Shown here one piece after another: positions 24,059-37,800 of a stretch of DNA of 64,000 nucleotides. The translations under genes and the position numbers were made by a program. The notes under the pieces were generated by a model. The model had not been told where the DNA came from, did not search any database, and saw nothing but the letters and a program-made list of their open reading frames with translations. Positions within the stretch are counted from its first letter, which is position 1. The number at the start of each line of letters is the position of its first letter. The DNA comes from Eledone cirrhosa (taxonomy: Eukaryota). The DNA lies in contig OZ024740.1 in NCBI GenBank assembly GCA_964016885.1, forward strand, positions 143,096,001 to 143,160,000, read 5' to 3'.

Positions 24059-27000
24059 TCGACACGAGAGTGCAAGAGAAGGAGAGGGAGAAAATTAACC
24101 GATACCAGGACTTAAAGTGGGAGGTAAAAAGGATTTGGAACTGCCATGAAGTCAAAGTGGTCCCGATTGTCATAGGCGCACTAGGTACTATCTCAAAAAG
24201 TTTCCAGGGATGGTTAAAGAAAATTGGCCCCGCCCCACTTTTTGGAACACTTCAAAAGGCATGCTTGCTGGGAACAGCAAGAACTCTCCGATACATCCTG
24301 AATATCTGAGGCTGCAGGTAGTGGCTTGATATTCATTTCAACAAACTTTCCAGGTAACTAACATCAATGACTGAGACTCAAAGAACAATAATAATAATAA
24401 TTGTTTCTACTTTTGGCACAAGGCCAGCAATTACCAAGTGTATTACTGGTACTTTATTTTATCGACCCCGTAAGGATGAAAGGCAAAGTTAACCTCGGCG
24501 GGATTTGAACTCAGAATGGCAAGGGCCGTAACTCTATGTGTCAAAGCATGGCGTCCGACCCTCTACCGATACTGCCAATTCACCGCCCTTACATTAATAA
24601 TAATAATAATAATAAAGTACAAAACTAGGAGGAAAAAGCTAAATATTATCATAGAGGAACTGAAGCAACGCATTGTAGCAAAAAGCGCAAAGATTAGGCG
24701 ATACAAGAGCAGAGTCGGTCAGTATAGACAGAACCTCATGTTTGACAACAACCAGAAGATGTTGTTTGGACAGCTTGAAGGGAAAGAAAGAGGCAACGAC
24801 TTGATCCCTGAGGCGGAACAGACTAAGACATTCTGGAGAGGAATATGGGAGCAGGATGTTGAACATAATGATCAGGAAGTGTGGATTGAGACAGTACAAA
24901 AGGAGATTAGTGAACAAGCACACCAACAAACTGATTTGAGTATCACAGTTGAAACTCTTAAGGGGCAGGCCAGAAAACTAACCAACTGGAAATCACCAGG
25001 CCCAGATGGTGTGCAGGGGTATTGGATTAAAAATGTAACATCCTTCTACCCGAAACTGACAACCATATTCAATGACTGCTTGATGTCAGGTGAGGTACCA
25101 GAGTGGTTGACAAAAGGTACCACAGTTCTGGTAATGAAAGACCGAATCAAGGGTAATGATGTTACCAACTATAGACCTATCACATGTCTGTCTGTAATGT
25201 GGAAACTGTTAACAAGCATTGTGTCTGAGGAAATCTACCATCACCTCCACATAAATAACTTGTTACCGGACGAACAGAAAGTATGCCGAAAGAAGTCCCG
25301 TGGTACAAAGGACCAGTTACTTATTGATAAGATGGTAATGAATTGCAAGAGGAGACACACTGGTCTTGCCATGGGATGGATAGACTACAAAAAGGCATTC
25401 AACATGGTACCTCATTCTTGGATAACCAAAAGCCTAGAGATCTTCAAGGCGGCAGATAACATCAGACAGTTGTTGAGCAAAAGTATGAAGTCCTGGAAAA
25501 CAGAGTTAACATCGGGTGGAGAATCCTTGGGAGGCGTAAAGATCAAGAGAGGTATCTTCCAGGGAGATAGTCTGTCCCCTCTGTTGTTTGTCCTTGCCCT
25601 GATACCCCTGACCATTATACTGTGAAAAGTGAGAGCAGGATACAAGTTGGGAAAAGGAGAGCTTACCATCAATCACCTCCTCTTCATGGATGATCTTAAG
25701 CTCTTCGGGAAGAGTGAGAAGGAGTTGGATGTACTTGTTGACACTGTCCGTATTTTCAGCAATGATATATGTATGCAATTTGGTATTAATAAGCGTGGAG
25801 TCCTAGTGATGAAGAGGGGTAAATTGAGCAGAAGCAACAGAATCCAGGTACCAACAGGTGAGATGATAAAGGAAATTGACACTGAAGAAGGATACAAATA
25901 TTTAGGTGTACTGGAGGCAGATGACATCAAGAACAAAAAAAGGAAGGAATTGATAAGATCTGAGTACATTCGGAGAGTAAGGAGCGTATTAAAATCACAT
26001 CTGAACAGTAGGAATGCCATAAGTGCAGTAAATTCCCGAGCTGTGTCTATTATTAGGTACAGTGCGGGAATTCTGAGATGGAATGTTGCTGAACAAAAAG
26101 AAATGGATATGAAGACTAGGAAGCTATTGACTATCTACAACATGTTCCACAAAAGGAGTGATGTCGATAGACTCTACTTAAGGAGATCTGAAGGTGGAAG
26201 AGGTCTTATCAGCATAGAGGAATGTGTTCAGATGGAGAAAAACAACCTACACAAATACGTGACTGACAGTAGGGAGCCAATGCTCAGAATTGTACTGAAG
26301 GAGAGGACAATAGACCAGGGGATGTCCAAGGAAGAAATAACAACAAGGAGGAAGAGCAACCTTCATGAAAAATCCCTTCATAGTACCTTCTTTGAGAAAA
26401 TTAAATTTAAAGATCCACAGACATGGAACTGGTTGAAAAGAGGAGACCTTTAAAATGCAACAGAAGGAATGCTAATGGCTGCGCAAGAGCAGGCCCTCAA
26501 AAACGAAGTGGCTGAAACACCATATTTACAAGGAGGAGGCTAGCCCACTGTGTAGGATCTGTGGAGAGAGAGAGGAGACTGTGGCTCACATTGTATCCGA
26601 GTGTAAACACCTAGCCCAGACTCACTATAAAGGCTGGAGACATGATGTGATAGGCAGTGTGATCCACTAGCACCTATGCAAAGTAAACAATTTACAACAT
26701 TCTGAGAAGTGGTATGAGCATAAGCCAGAGTCGGTGATAGAAAACGATCAGGTGAAGGTGCTGTGGGATTTTAGGATACAGACGGACACACTAGACCTGA
26801 CCTGGTGGTTTTGGACAAGGAAAAAAGATCGTGCCTGATTGTAGATGTAGCTTGCCCATTTGACATGAGAGTGCAAGAGAAGGAGAGGGAGAAAATTAAC
26901 CGATACCAGGATTTAAAGTGGGAGTTAAAAAGGATTTGGAACTGCCATGAAGTCAAAGTGGTCCCGATTGTCATAGGTGCACTAGGTACTATCTCAAAGA

Positions 27001-30000
27001 GTTTCCAAGGATGGTTAAAGAAAATTAGTCCAGCCCCACTTTTTGGAACACTTCTGGGAACAGCAAGAACCCTCCGATACGTCCTGAATATCTGAGGCTG
27101 CATGTAGTGGCTTGATATTCATTTCAACAAACTTTCCAGTTAAATAACATCAATGACTGAGACTCAAAGAACAATAATAATAATAATAATAATAATAATG
27201 ATTTCTAGTATAGGCACAAGGCCAGAAATTGGGGTGGGGGAAAGTCGATTAAATCGACCCCAGTGCATTACTGGTGCTTTATTTTATCAACCCCGTAAGG
27301 ATGAAAAGCAAAGTTAATTGCTGCATGATTTGAACTCAAATATTAAGATGCTTACATATGTTTTACCACTGGTGTCCATATAAATATTTAATCCATTTAT
27401 CGTAACATTGGCTGTCCTATAGCGCCGTGTTCCAAAAGACAACATTAGTTCACTGCTGAACAGCGTGGTGGAGTAGACAGAGAGCCTTGTGTTAGCATTC
27501 TGGTTAACAGTTGTTAATTCTAACGGGCATGTTGTGAGGTAGTGGATCATCTGACCATCATAAGTCCTGTACCGAGATAAACCAGACACCAGGCAGGAAC
27601 ACACACCAAGGGTACCTTTGAGAAGAAATAAAACAACAAAGAAGATAGCTTCTATTAATCATCATCATCATCGTAACCATTTTACGTCCATTTTCCACAC
27701 TAGCATGTGTCCTGTTGTGGGCAATGTTAAGTCAGGTGACCATGTCTTGCTCATTGGGCTTGGTTTCTACAGCTGGATGCTCTTCCTAATGTCAACCTCA
27801 TTTATAGTGAGTACTGGGTACTTTTTGTCATGACACCTACATGACCACTTTACAATGTGGGCTGGGCATTTTTTGTCGTGACACCTACATGACCACTTTA
27901 CAGTGTGGGCTGGGTGCTTTTTGTCGTGATACCTACATGACCACTTTACAATGTGGGCTGGGCACTTTTTGTCGTGACACCTACATGACCACTTTACAGT
28001 GTGGGCTGGGCACTTTTTGTCGTGACACCTACATGACCACTTTACAGTGTGGGCTGGGCACTTTTTGTCGTGACACCTACATGACCACTTTACAGTGTGG
28101 GCTGGGTGCTTTTTGTCGTGACACCTACATGACCACTTTACAGTGTGGGCTGGGTGCTTTTTGTCGTGATACCTACATGACCACTTTACAGTGTGGGCTG
28201 GGTGCTTTTTGTTGTGACACCTATACTGTATATATATGCTTCAGCTTCAGCCTGTGCCTGTGGGAAGATGGGTCTTCTTTATTACTGTGTAATGCCAGAG
28301 CACTCGGTCCTGTGTCATCACCTTTGAGAGGTCAATTGGGCAAGGTCAGCTTTTATCACCACATCCCAAGTGTTCTTGGGTTTCCCCATTCCAAGGCTTC
28401 CATCAACTTTGAGCGCTCTGCACCTCTTTATGCAGCTGTCATTGTTCATATGCATCACGTGTCCATACCTATGGAATCTCCTCTCCTGCACACAGCATTT
28501 GATTCCTCTTATACCTAGTTTCTCTCTTAGTTCATTTATGCTTTACTGTTCACGTATATTACTATTACACATCCATCGGAGCATGCAAGCTTAATTTCTT
28601 TCCAATCAATGCAAGTCTTCTGCACACAGCACCCAGATCTCACTACCATGTAGCAATGCTGTTTGTATGCATGTATCATACAGCTTGCCTTTCATTTTGA
28701 GGGAAAAGCCTTTTGTAGCTAGCAGTGGTAGTAGCTCCTTGAACTTTCATCCCGTTCTTGCTCTGGCTACTGTACTTTCAGAACATACACCTCTGCTGCT
28801 AATTCGGTCATCCAGGTAGCAAAAGCTGTCTACGGTTTCTACTGAGCCTTCCCAGAATTTGGTAGCACTTGTTTCCTATTGTTGTTGCTGTTTACTGTCC
28901 TGGTGCAACTGCTACATGCAGCTAAACTTCCTGAGATCCCATTACATCTCTTGTGTACTCATAGTTTGCATTTGGGGCAGAGGATGGAATTTCTACCTAC
29001 ACCTTTCCTACATACTGAGCAAGGCCATTCCCCTGAGGGGATCTGGGTTCTGTTTTCTCTTCTACTTTCTAGGACCTTAGTATTGTCAGGTTGACTTTAA
29101 GAGTTCTTCTTTCTAGGCCTTGCTTCCATGTTTGGAATTTCTTCTCTAGTTCCACTATAGATTCAGCTATTAGAGTAAAATCATCTGTGTACAGAAGTTC
29201 CCATGGGCATCCAGTCTTAAACTCCTCTGTTATAGCCTGTAATACGATAATAAACAGGAGAGGGCTAAGAACAGAGCTCTGGTGGACACCAACCTGTATG
29301 CTAAATTTCTCACTATAGTCATTGTTAACCTTAACTTTGCTGACTGCTCTCCTATACATGGCTTGTACAGCCTTCACAAGCCACTCATCTACTCCTAATT
29401 TTCTAAGATCCCACCAGATTATGCCATGAGGCACTCTGTCAAATGCTTTTTCCAGATAGAGTGGAATATTTTTAGCTAGGTACTTTTCCTGTAACTGTCT
29501 CACAAGGAAGAGAGAGCATTAGTGGTGCTTTTTCCTGGGACAAATCCATTTAGTTCTGACAATGACTACTAAGTTATGTTGGGAGGTACATTCCTTTCCA
29601 TAAGTTCGTCTGACAACCCAGATTGGAGTGTGTAGATGGATATAATATTAATTTTATTGGATGGATATAATATTAATTATAACTGATTCACAAACTGAAA
29701 ACCATGACACATTGCCTTAATATATAATTCTGTGTGCAGCAAAAGAGTAAAGTTCTATTTCAAAAATACAAATTGAAATTTGTAATAAACTTCAAATGTA
29801 ACTGTTAAAGTTGGAAACAACTAAACTAAGAATGAAAACATTTTCAAAAAACATCATTGATATAATTATCATCATTATCATCATTTACGTCCGCTTTTCC
29901 CTGCTTGCAAGGGTGGGCCGGGAACTGACTCTGGCTTGATTTCTACAGCTGGATGCCCTTCCTAACACCAACCTCATTTACAGTGAGTGCTGGGTTCTTT

Positions 30001-31811
30001 TTTTGCCGTGGCACCTACACGTCCACTTTACAGTGGAATGATAGGGACCCCAGTCCCTATCATCTCATTTCATTTCTACAGCTGAGTGAACTGGAGCAAT
30101 GTGAAATAAAGTGTCTTGCTCAAGGAAACAACACATCACCCGGTCTGAGAATTGAACTCACAACCTTTCGATTGCAAGGCCAATGCTCTAACCACTGAGC
30201 CATGTGCCTCTTCATTCCATTTGATTAAAGAAGGAAATATAAATAATTTTCCTATATTTTTTGTTAATATTTCTGCTATATGCTATGCTAATGTGTATAA
30301 ATGCCTCTTGTGAATAAACTTTTCCATGTAGGTACAAAGTGGGCAAAAATATTTTTACTTGCTCTAAATTGAATATTGAGTTAAAAAAAGGTTTGGGAAC
30401 CACTGAAACATTGGCCTTATGATGTGCAGTTGGTTGTCACACTTGGTGGTAAATAGATGGTCATTTTCCCCCTTTTTTTGCTTTCTCTCGCTCTGATTGT
30501 ATATTTTGGTGCGTTATATCTGTGAGGTTCCTAGCAATAGTTAATTGTATTTATTATATGTTTTTTATATTATCATTCTGAAACAATTGTGAACAATTTG
30601 TAATGTTATTTATACAACTGTGAATAAAATAAATATTGTTTGACATTAAAAAAAGATTTTTTTTTCTCTGCTGGCAATTTTGCTTTTACCCTTTGTTGAT
30701 AGAAGTAATCAGTGCCTAATTTCTTTCCCTCCTTTTGTATAATACACTGTACTCTTTATTCTAACCAATTTGCTGAGTGAATATACGTATCTAGGTCCTA
30801 TATCAAGTGCTCTCACTAATGACTTTGAATACAAGTATGATAATTGTATTACTAACTTTATCGTGGTAAAGGAAGTAGCCATTAATAACTAAGTGGTATT
30901 TTTCGTTACTAGAAAAGTAAGCAGACGCTGATAACAGAAAAAAAAGTGAATAACTTTGGTTTCAAAATCGTTTCCATTTTCTTCTTTTTAACTGTTTTAT
31001 GATTAATGTATAGCTAGCATCTGGTACACTCTGTATTATGCTTGGTATTAGGAAGTACATCCAACCAAAGAAAACTTGTTAGACATAAGGTTGAATGAAC
31101 CCTTTAATTGTGTCAAGGGGGTACAGCAACCTCCTTAGTTCTGGTGATACAATAAAATCCACTTAGTACATTCTGTAAAGTGAAGGAACATTTGTAAGTG
31201 AGATGCAGCCCCCATCTGTGAGGACAGTGGCTTTGATTAGGCATATGTTGTCTGTGACAACTCAGCCTACCTATGCTAGCTTGGAAAAGTGAACATTAAA
31301 TGATGATGATAATGGTGTATCTAGATTGGAAATGAATTGCTGCAGATGAATGTTCCATAATTGCAATCACAGTAAGTGGTTGGTTTGTAGATTTGAGGAA
31401 TGCACAGGTGCTGTGCCGTGATGAAAAGTGGCACTGGTGAATTTTTTTTTTAAATACCAGAAAATTTTATCATTTGCATGTATTTATATAACATATAAAT
31501 AAAACATTTAAAATGTCATCTTTAATGCATGGTGGTTGTTTCTAATTAAACCATGGAATTTCATTAGGATTAGCCAGTGTTTCTAAAAATAAAGAGTGTT
31601 AACTTACTCCTACATGTCGTAACACCATCTCCATACAGACCTACATGGCATCTACATTTGTTTTCTTCACATGTGGCATTTTCATGGCATACTTCACCTC
31701 CACAGTGAACTGAAGATGAAATGTTGATAGAGAATAACATGAATAGAAGACAGAACGATAAATTAGAGATAGAAACCTGATTTAACAAATTTGTTTAATT
31801 TGTTGTTATAA

Positions 31812-31859
<48 letters not shown>

Positions 31860-34800
31860 GTGTGTATATATGTACACACACACACAATATATATATCTAT
31901 ACTATAATAAAGTAAGGAGTGCGGGACTGCGTATGGTTTATTTCTTTTAATCTAGTTAGTAAAATAAGTTGGATTACTTTGAATAAATAATTGTTTCTAC
32001 TTTTGGCACAAGGCCAGCAATTATCCCAGTGTATTACTGGTACTTTATTTTATCGACCCTGAATAAATAATTGTTTCTACTTTTGGCACAAGGCCAGCAA
32101 TTATTCCAGTGTATTACTGGTACTTTATTTTATCGACCTCGTAAGGATGAAAGGCAAAGTTAACCTCGGCGGGATTTGAACTCACATCGTAGAGGGACGT
32201 AACTACGCTGGAAACATGTCTGACCCTCTACCAATACTGCCAATTCACCGACCCTGAATAAATAATGAATGAATATGACATAATTTATGTACTAAATTTC
32301 GTAATTTTTTTAATTAAAATTCAATATGAATAATTTTATTGCTTATTTAAAATTGACTTCTTTTCAAAGTTTCAAATTATAACACTTCCCGTATAATCGC
32401 CACCACCACCACCATTTCAACTACCATATATATAAAAAGAGAGAGTGTGTGATGAGAGAGATACTGATAGAGTGATTATGATTTTCTACATGCTAACGCG
32501 TATGTGTGTGTATGTGCACATACATACATCTATATGTATGAGTATATAACTATAATCGCGCAAACACAAACTTATGAAAATACACGCTCATGGACATACA
32601 TTCACACAAATACACATACTTTCACACAAACACATACATTCACACATATACATTTACACAAACACACATTCACACATATACATTTACACAAACACACACA
32701 TACAGTCATGATAGCAGCGTTCGATGAATTGGAAATGGGAGAGTAAAACAAGTATAACGGTTTATTTATTTATTAAACTCTTTTTTTAAAAACTCATTTG
32801 TATAAAAATTGAATATAATGGTTACAGAACGAAAACACTAACAAATATAATATATACAAAGGAAAGGGAAAGGAAAAAAAGAAAGAGAAAATAAAACACA
32901 AGCACATAATACACACATCTAAGACCACATAGAACAACATGCAGGCGAAAGAGTGGAAAAATGAGCCGCTACCAGAGCAAAAGATAGCAATAGAGCGAGG
33001 AGCACTGGGAAACCTCTCTAATAATTTTTGAGGCAAGCCAGCACACTCGCAGCGTTACCTGGGGTGATGGCGAGGCTGAGGTGCTGGAACAACCAAGTGC
33101 CCTCACGAGCATCACCAGTTACCTCTGTTTTGAGATCTGCCAGTGAAGATAAGAACTTCGCTGTCAGTAGCCCGACTCCTCCAAACGTCTTGAATGCCAC
33201 AGGCTGGATAATGTAGTTAGCTGACAGAACACGATATTTTAGGATTTTGTTCCGTTCAGCTGCGGAAGCTGTAGCTCTTGCCCTTACAGCTGCATCCAGG
33301 ATGTGGGAGAAGCAAAAGAGTAATTAACTATGACGTCCCAGGTAAGGTACCTGCCTCTTGACCAGGATCACAGAGTAAGACCGTCAAGTCTTTTCCCATC
33401 AATTCAGGACAACCCAGACGGTTCCAAAATTGAAGAGATGTTTGCCCGGGCAAAAGCTCTTAAGTGGTAATAGGACAGTGTGTGTATGTGCACGCGCGTG
33501 AATTTGTCAGCATTGTTAAATTTGAGACGTGTGTGTGTGTGTCACTGTTTTTAAGTTAGAGACATATATGTGTGTATCCCTTTCTTTCCTTTTACACACA
33601 TATGCATTTACACAAACACACATACACATTGTGTGATGGACGGGTGGACAGAAGTCCCTCAAATTTATATACATGTGAATGGAGTTCTACTGAAGTAGTT
33701 AGAGAAGTTCAAGTATCTTGGAGCCGTGTTCATGAGCGATGGAATGCAGGAGGCTGAATTAAGTGCAAGAATTGCAAAAGCAGTAATGCGCCAGCCTCAG
33801 CATTCAGCAATCAGAAGAAGGGGGTAGATGTAAATCACCAAACTCTCTGTCTTCCTGATATTCCTGCCAACTCTCACCGAGGATCATGAATCTTGAGTAA
33901 TGGCCAAAAGAATACAATTGCAAATAAAAACGGCAGAAATGGGATTCTTCCGAAGGGTCTTTGGAGTAACGTTACTCGATAAAGTGCATAGCTCAGAGAC
34001 CAGAGAGTCACTCCTGGTAGAGCCGCTACTTCTCCGAATTGAGAGATCACAACTCCGATACTATGGGCATGTGGTTAGAATGTCTCAGTAAAGAATCGCT
34101 GGACATATTTTACAGGCAAAACCAACCGGCAAGAGACCCAGAGGTAGACCCTGAGCAAGATAGTTGGATAACATCCATGAGCTTGGCTGGTCACGCTTTG
34201 GGATCCAACTAGATCAGTTAGAAATGTTTGCTTCTGACAGACTCATTGGAAGGAGTGTTTGAGAAGGACTCTGCCCCCACGACCCTCTCAGAAATAAGTG
34301 GGTGAAGAAGAAGATATTGTCAATTTACTTTTCAATTTACATATACATATTTGTGTATGATACCAATATGCACACTACATATGCTAGCAGAAAACCACCC
34401 TCGGGCGATTTTTCTGCTAGTATATAGTAATGTTTACAATAGACTGTTGATAGACAATCTTATATATAATTGTTTCTACTTTTGGCACAAGGCCAGCAAT
34501 TACTCAGTGCAGTACTGGTACCTTATTTTATCGACCCCGTAAGGATGAAAGGCAAAGTTAACCTCGGCAGAATTTGAACTCAGATCATAAAGGTCCATAA
34601 CTCTATGCTGCAAAGCATGGTGTCCGACCCTCTACCGACAATCTTATATATAATGATTAGAGGACTGCGAGATTGTGTCAGAGATATTTTTTTCTTAACA
34701 CGTTATTTATATAAGTTGGATTGCTTTGAATAAATCATGAATAAATATTATGTAATTTATCTACTAAATTTCATAGCCCTTGATTACACATAAATATTCT

Positions 34801-37800
34801 TATATATAATGTATTTCTTATTTTAAGATTCACTTCTTTAAAATTTTCAAATGTCAACACTTCCGGTTAGCATCCATTATATCATAACACTTCGCTATAT
34901 GCTATATCACATTGCTTATATAAACATTCATATATTTGCATTGTTATATAACGTTTATATTTCCGTCGCTAATTTTCTCCTTTTTCGTATTCATAACATT
35001 TTGCCATAATGCGGTTTATATGTAATATTGTCTTTTTTAAATGTATCATGGATTACTTTACTAATTACAGAAGAGAATGTAACAGTCTCTCTTCAATTTC
35101 TGTGCATATTGTTAATTACGATTTTATTTGATGTATCATATCTACATGTAGATATATTTGTGTATAATATCAATATCCACACTACACACGCTAGCAGAAA
35201 ACCACCCGAAGGGTGGTTTTTCTTCTAGTATATAGTGATGTTTATAATCGACTGTAAATACATAGTAATGTTTAGCCTATACTATTACCATTAAGAAATT
35301 TAAAGCCATTTTTCCTATTAAACATGATTTAGCCTGTGGGCTCCATGACAAGCTTCATAACTATCATGGTGTCCTTTTTTAAGGCAATGTTTTATGGTCA
35401 GGCTGAAGAGTGTAATTAAATACAAATCTCCCACTCTTTGAGTCAATGATATAGCTTTGTAGTTATTACATATGCATATACAATGAGAGAGGAACTTAAG
35501 AATGTATAAGGTTGTAGATTCAATATCTTTTAGATCCTCTTAGTCCACAGTGATATATAGATTTGAACTCCAGATCTAGGAATTTGTTGATTTAGTATCT
35601 TTTGCACTCAACCATTTCACTTCACGATTTCACTGAAAGAGACCACATAAAAATGAAACTTACCAATACATTCGTAACTTTCATTAACAAGATGGCATGA
35701 TTCTCGTGGGCTACATCCTGGCAGTTCATGATACTCTATACTACTCCAGCCAAATTTATCCCTGACACACACAGCCATCATGTTACAGCCAAATAATGTC
35801 ATTGTCTGGCCAACCTGAAATAAAAATATTTATATCTTTCAGATGTTTCATTTTAAATTTCAGGGCTGAACACTTGTGTCTACAATTTAATTTCATGAAA
35901 ATCTTATATTGTATTATTATGGAGCACACTAGGCTTTTGGGTGGCAGAATCATTAGAACATCAGAGAAAAGGCCTTCCAGTATTTAGTTACAGTTCTTTA
36001 AGTTCTCAGTTCAAATCCTGTTGAGTTCTACATTGATTTTTATCCTTCCCTTGGGGTTGATATAATTGACTAAATTATAAACCATTATAAAGCATGCTCC
36101 CCAACAGCTCATGCTTTTTATGGAGCTGCAGTCCTGGGTCAAGTAAACATACAGAATGTTTCCAAGTGCTTTCTCACAAGCCTCTACCAGTTGAGCGATG
36201 CCATCAGTGGAACATACTCTGCATCAATACTGAATAGAAGGTTAGTCACAGGCTTGAATGGCAATGTTCTCAGAAAGATCCTGGGCATAAACAAAGACCA
36301 GCTATATAGCTTTTCTAGGAGCTCTTTGAGCACAGGGATTATAGACAACTTTCAGAAATATCTTGCCAGGCAGACTATAAGAGAACACGATAAGCTCTAA
36401 AGGTATGCAAGTACAATCAGTCAGATCTATCCAATATGTGTGAAAAGCAACAATCATGTTCTCCATGCATTTGTTCAGTTTTTTAACATTGCTGAATAGT
36501 GGAGCTATCTTATCTGGCTGCTGGCTGACTCCTTTATAAAGATTGAATATAACAGACGTTTGGGAGCTCCTTGACAGTCATAGTATCAAGAGCAGTAGAA
36601 TGTTAGATTAAATGTCTTTCCATCATATTTAGTTTGATCTCTTTACATTTTGAGTTCAAATCTTGATGGGGTAGGCTGAGCTTTTAGTAATTATGAGGTC
36701 ACTAATATAATATTAAATAATTCACTTGATTATACTTCTCCTTTAAATGTTTGACTTCATGTCAAAGTAAAAAAAGCCATAAATTTTGAAGGATTGGTAA
36801 AGTCAATCAAACTTGACTAAAATTTGTTTCATCAAGCTTCACAGACAAGGTTAATACTGGTGGGATTTAAAAAAAAATAAATGTAGCATAATATAATTAT
36901 AATAATATAAATACCTCTAAGAAGTAGCCTTGGTAGATGCAACCACATTCCTGAATGGGAACACATGTTTCTTTACTCAGAACATAACCATCTCTGCAAT
37001 CACATCGAGATTCTGTTTCATCAGTAGGGCATTTTATTTCTCTATTATAATTATCACAGGTTATTCTGCATATGGATGCGTTATGTTTGAATGTCATATT
37101 TTCAGGACAATTTTTATCTACAAAAGAATGAAGAATATTTATTATGGTAACAACTGGAACTGGAATAAATAATTGAAGAAAATTAAAGATCTCAACGCTT
37201 TTGATACCAAACCGCCCTGAAACCGCCCCTGATTCTATGATACAAATTTGTTTATTTTAAAGTGTTTATATTTATCTAAAAATCTTCCTAAATAATGTTA
37301 TGTAAGAACCTCGGTTACATTATGCTCCAGTCACCAGTTAAATAATGAGAAAGTTATATGACTAAATTCATTAATATTCTTGCTTATTTAATATCATAGA
37401 CTTCTCTGAAAGGTTAATTGAATCAATTGCTACATTAAACAAAATTAATTAAGAGTTATCATTTCTTGGTCTGTTTTTCCATAGTTGTTTGGACGCCAGT
37501 CCATCATAGAGGCTATCCTCAGCTGCTGGTGGAACTCATTTCTAGATGAAGAAACTGTAACTACATGAAATAAAGTGCTTTGCTCAAGAATATGTCACAT
37601 CACATGTAAGCCCAACACTAATCACTAAGCCATGCACCTTCACAAAAAAGAATAAAATTAACAAGAAAAAGAGCTGTACCTATATCATTTCTAGGTCTCC
37701 TGAACAGATATGATAACAACCCAACTAAAACCAGCTCAGGTCCTATTAAACAAAACCACTTATTTTAAATGGTTCCTTTTTAAATTAAAGTCTTCCTACA

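Noticed and set aside
27841-28518. 225-aa Cys-rich repeat ORF (MTTLQCGLG...)
   Set aside because: It arises from a stop-free 48-bp minisatellite and antisense RTE sequence; no splice or domain support.
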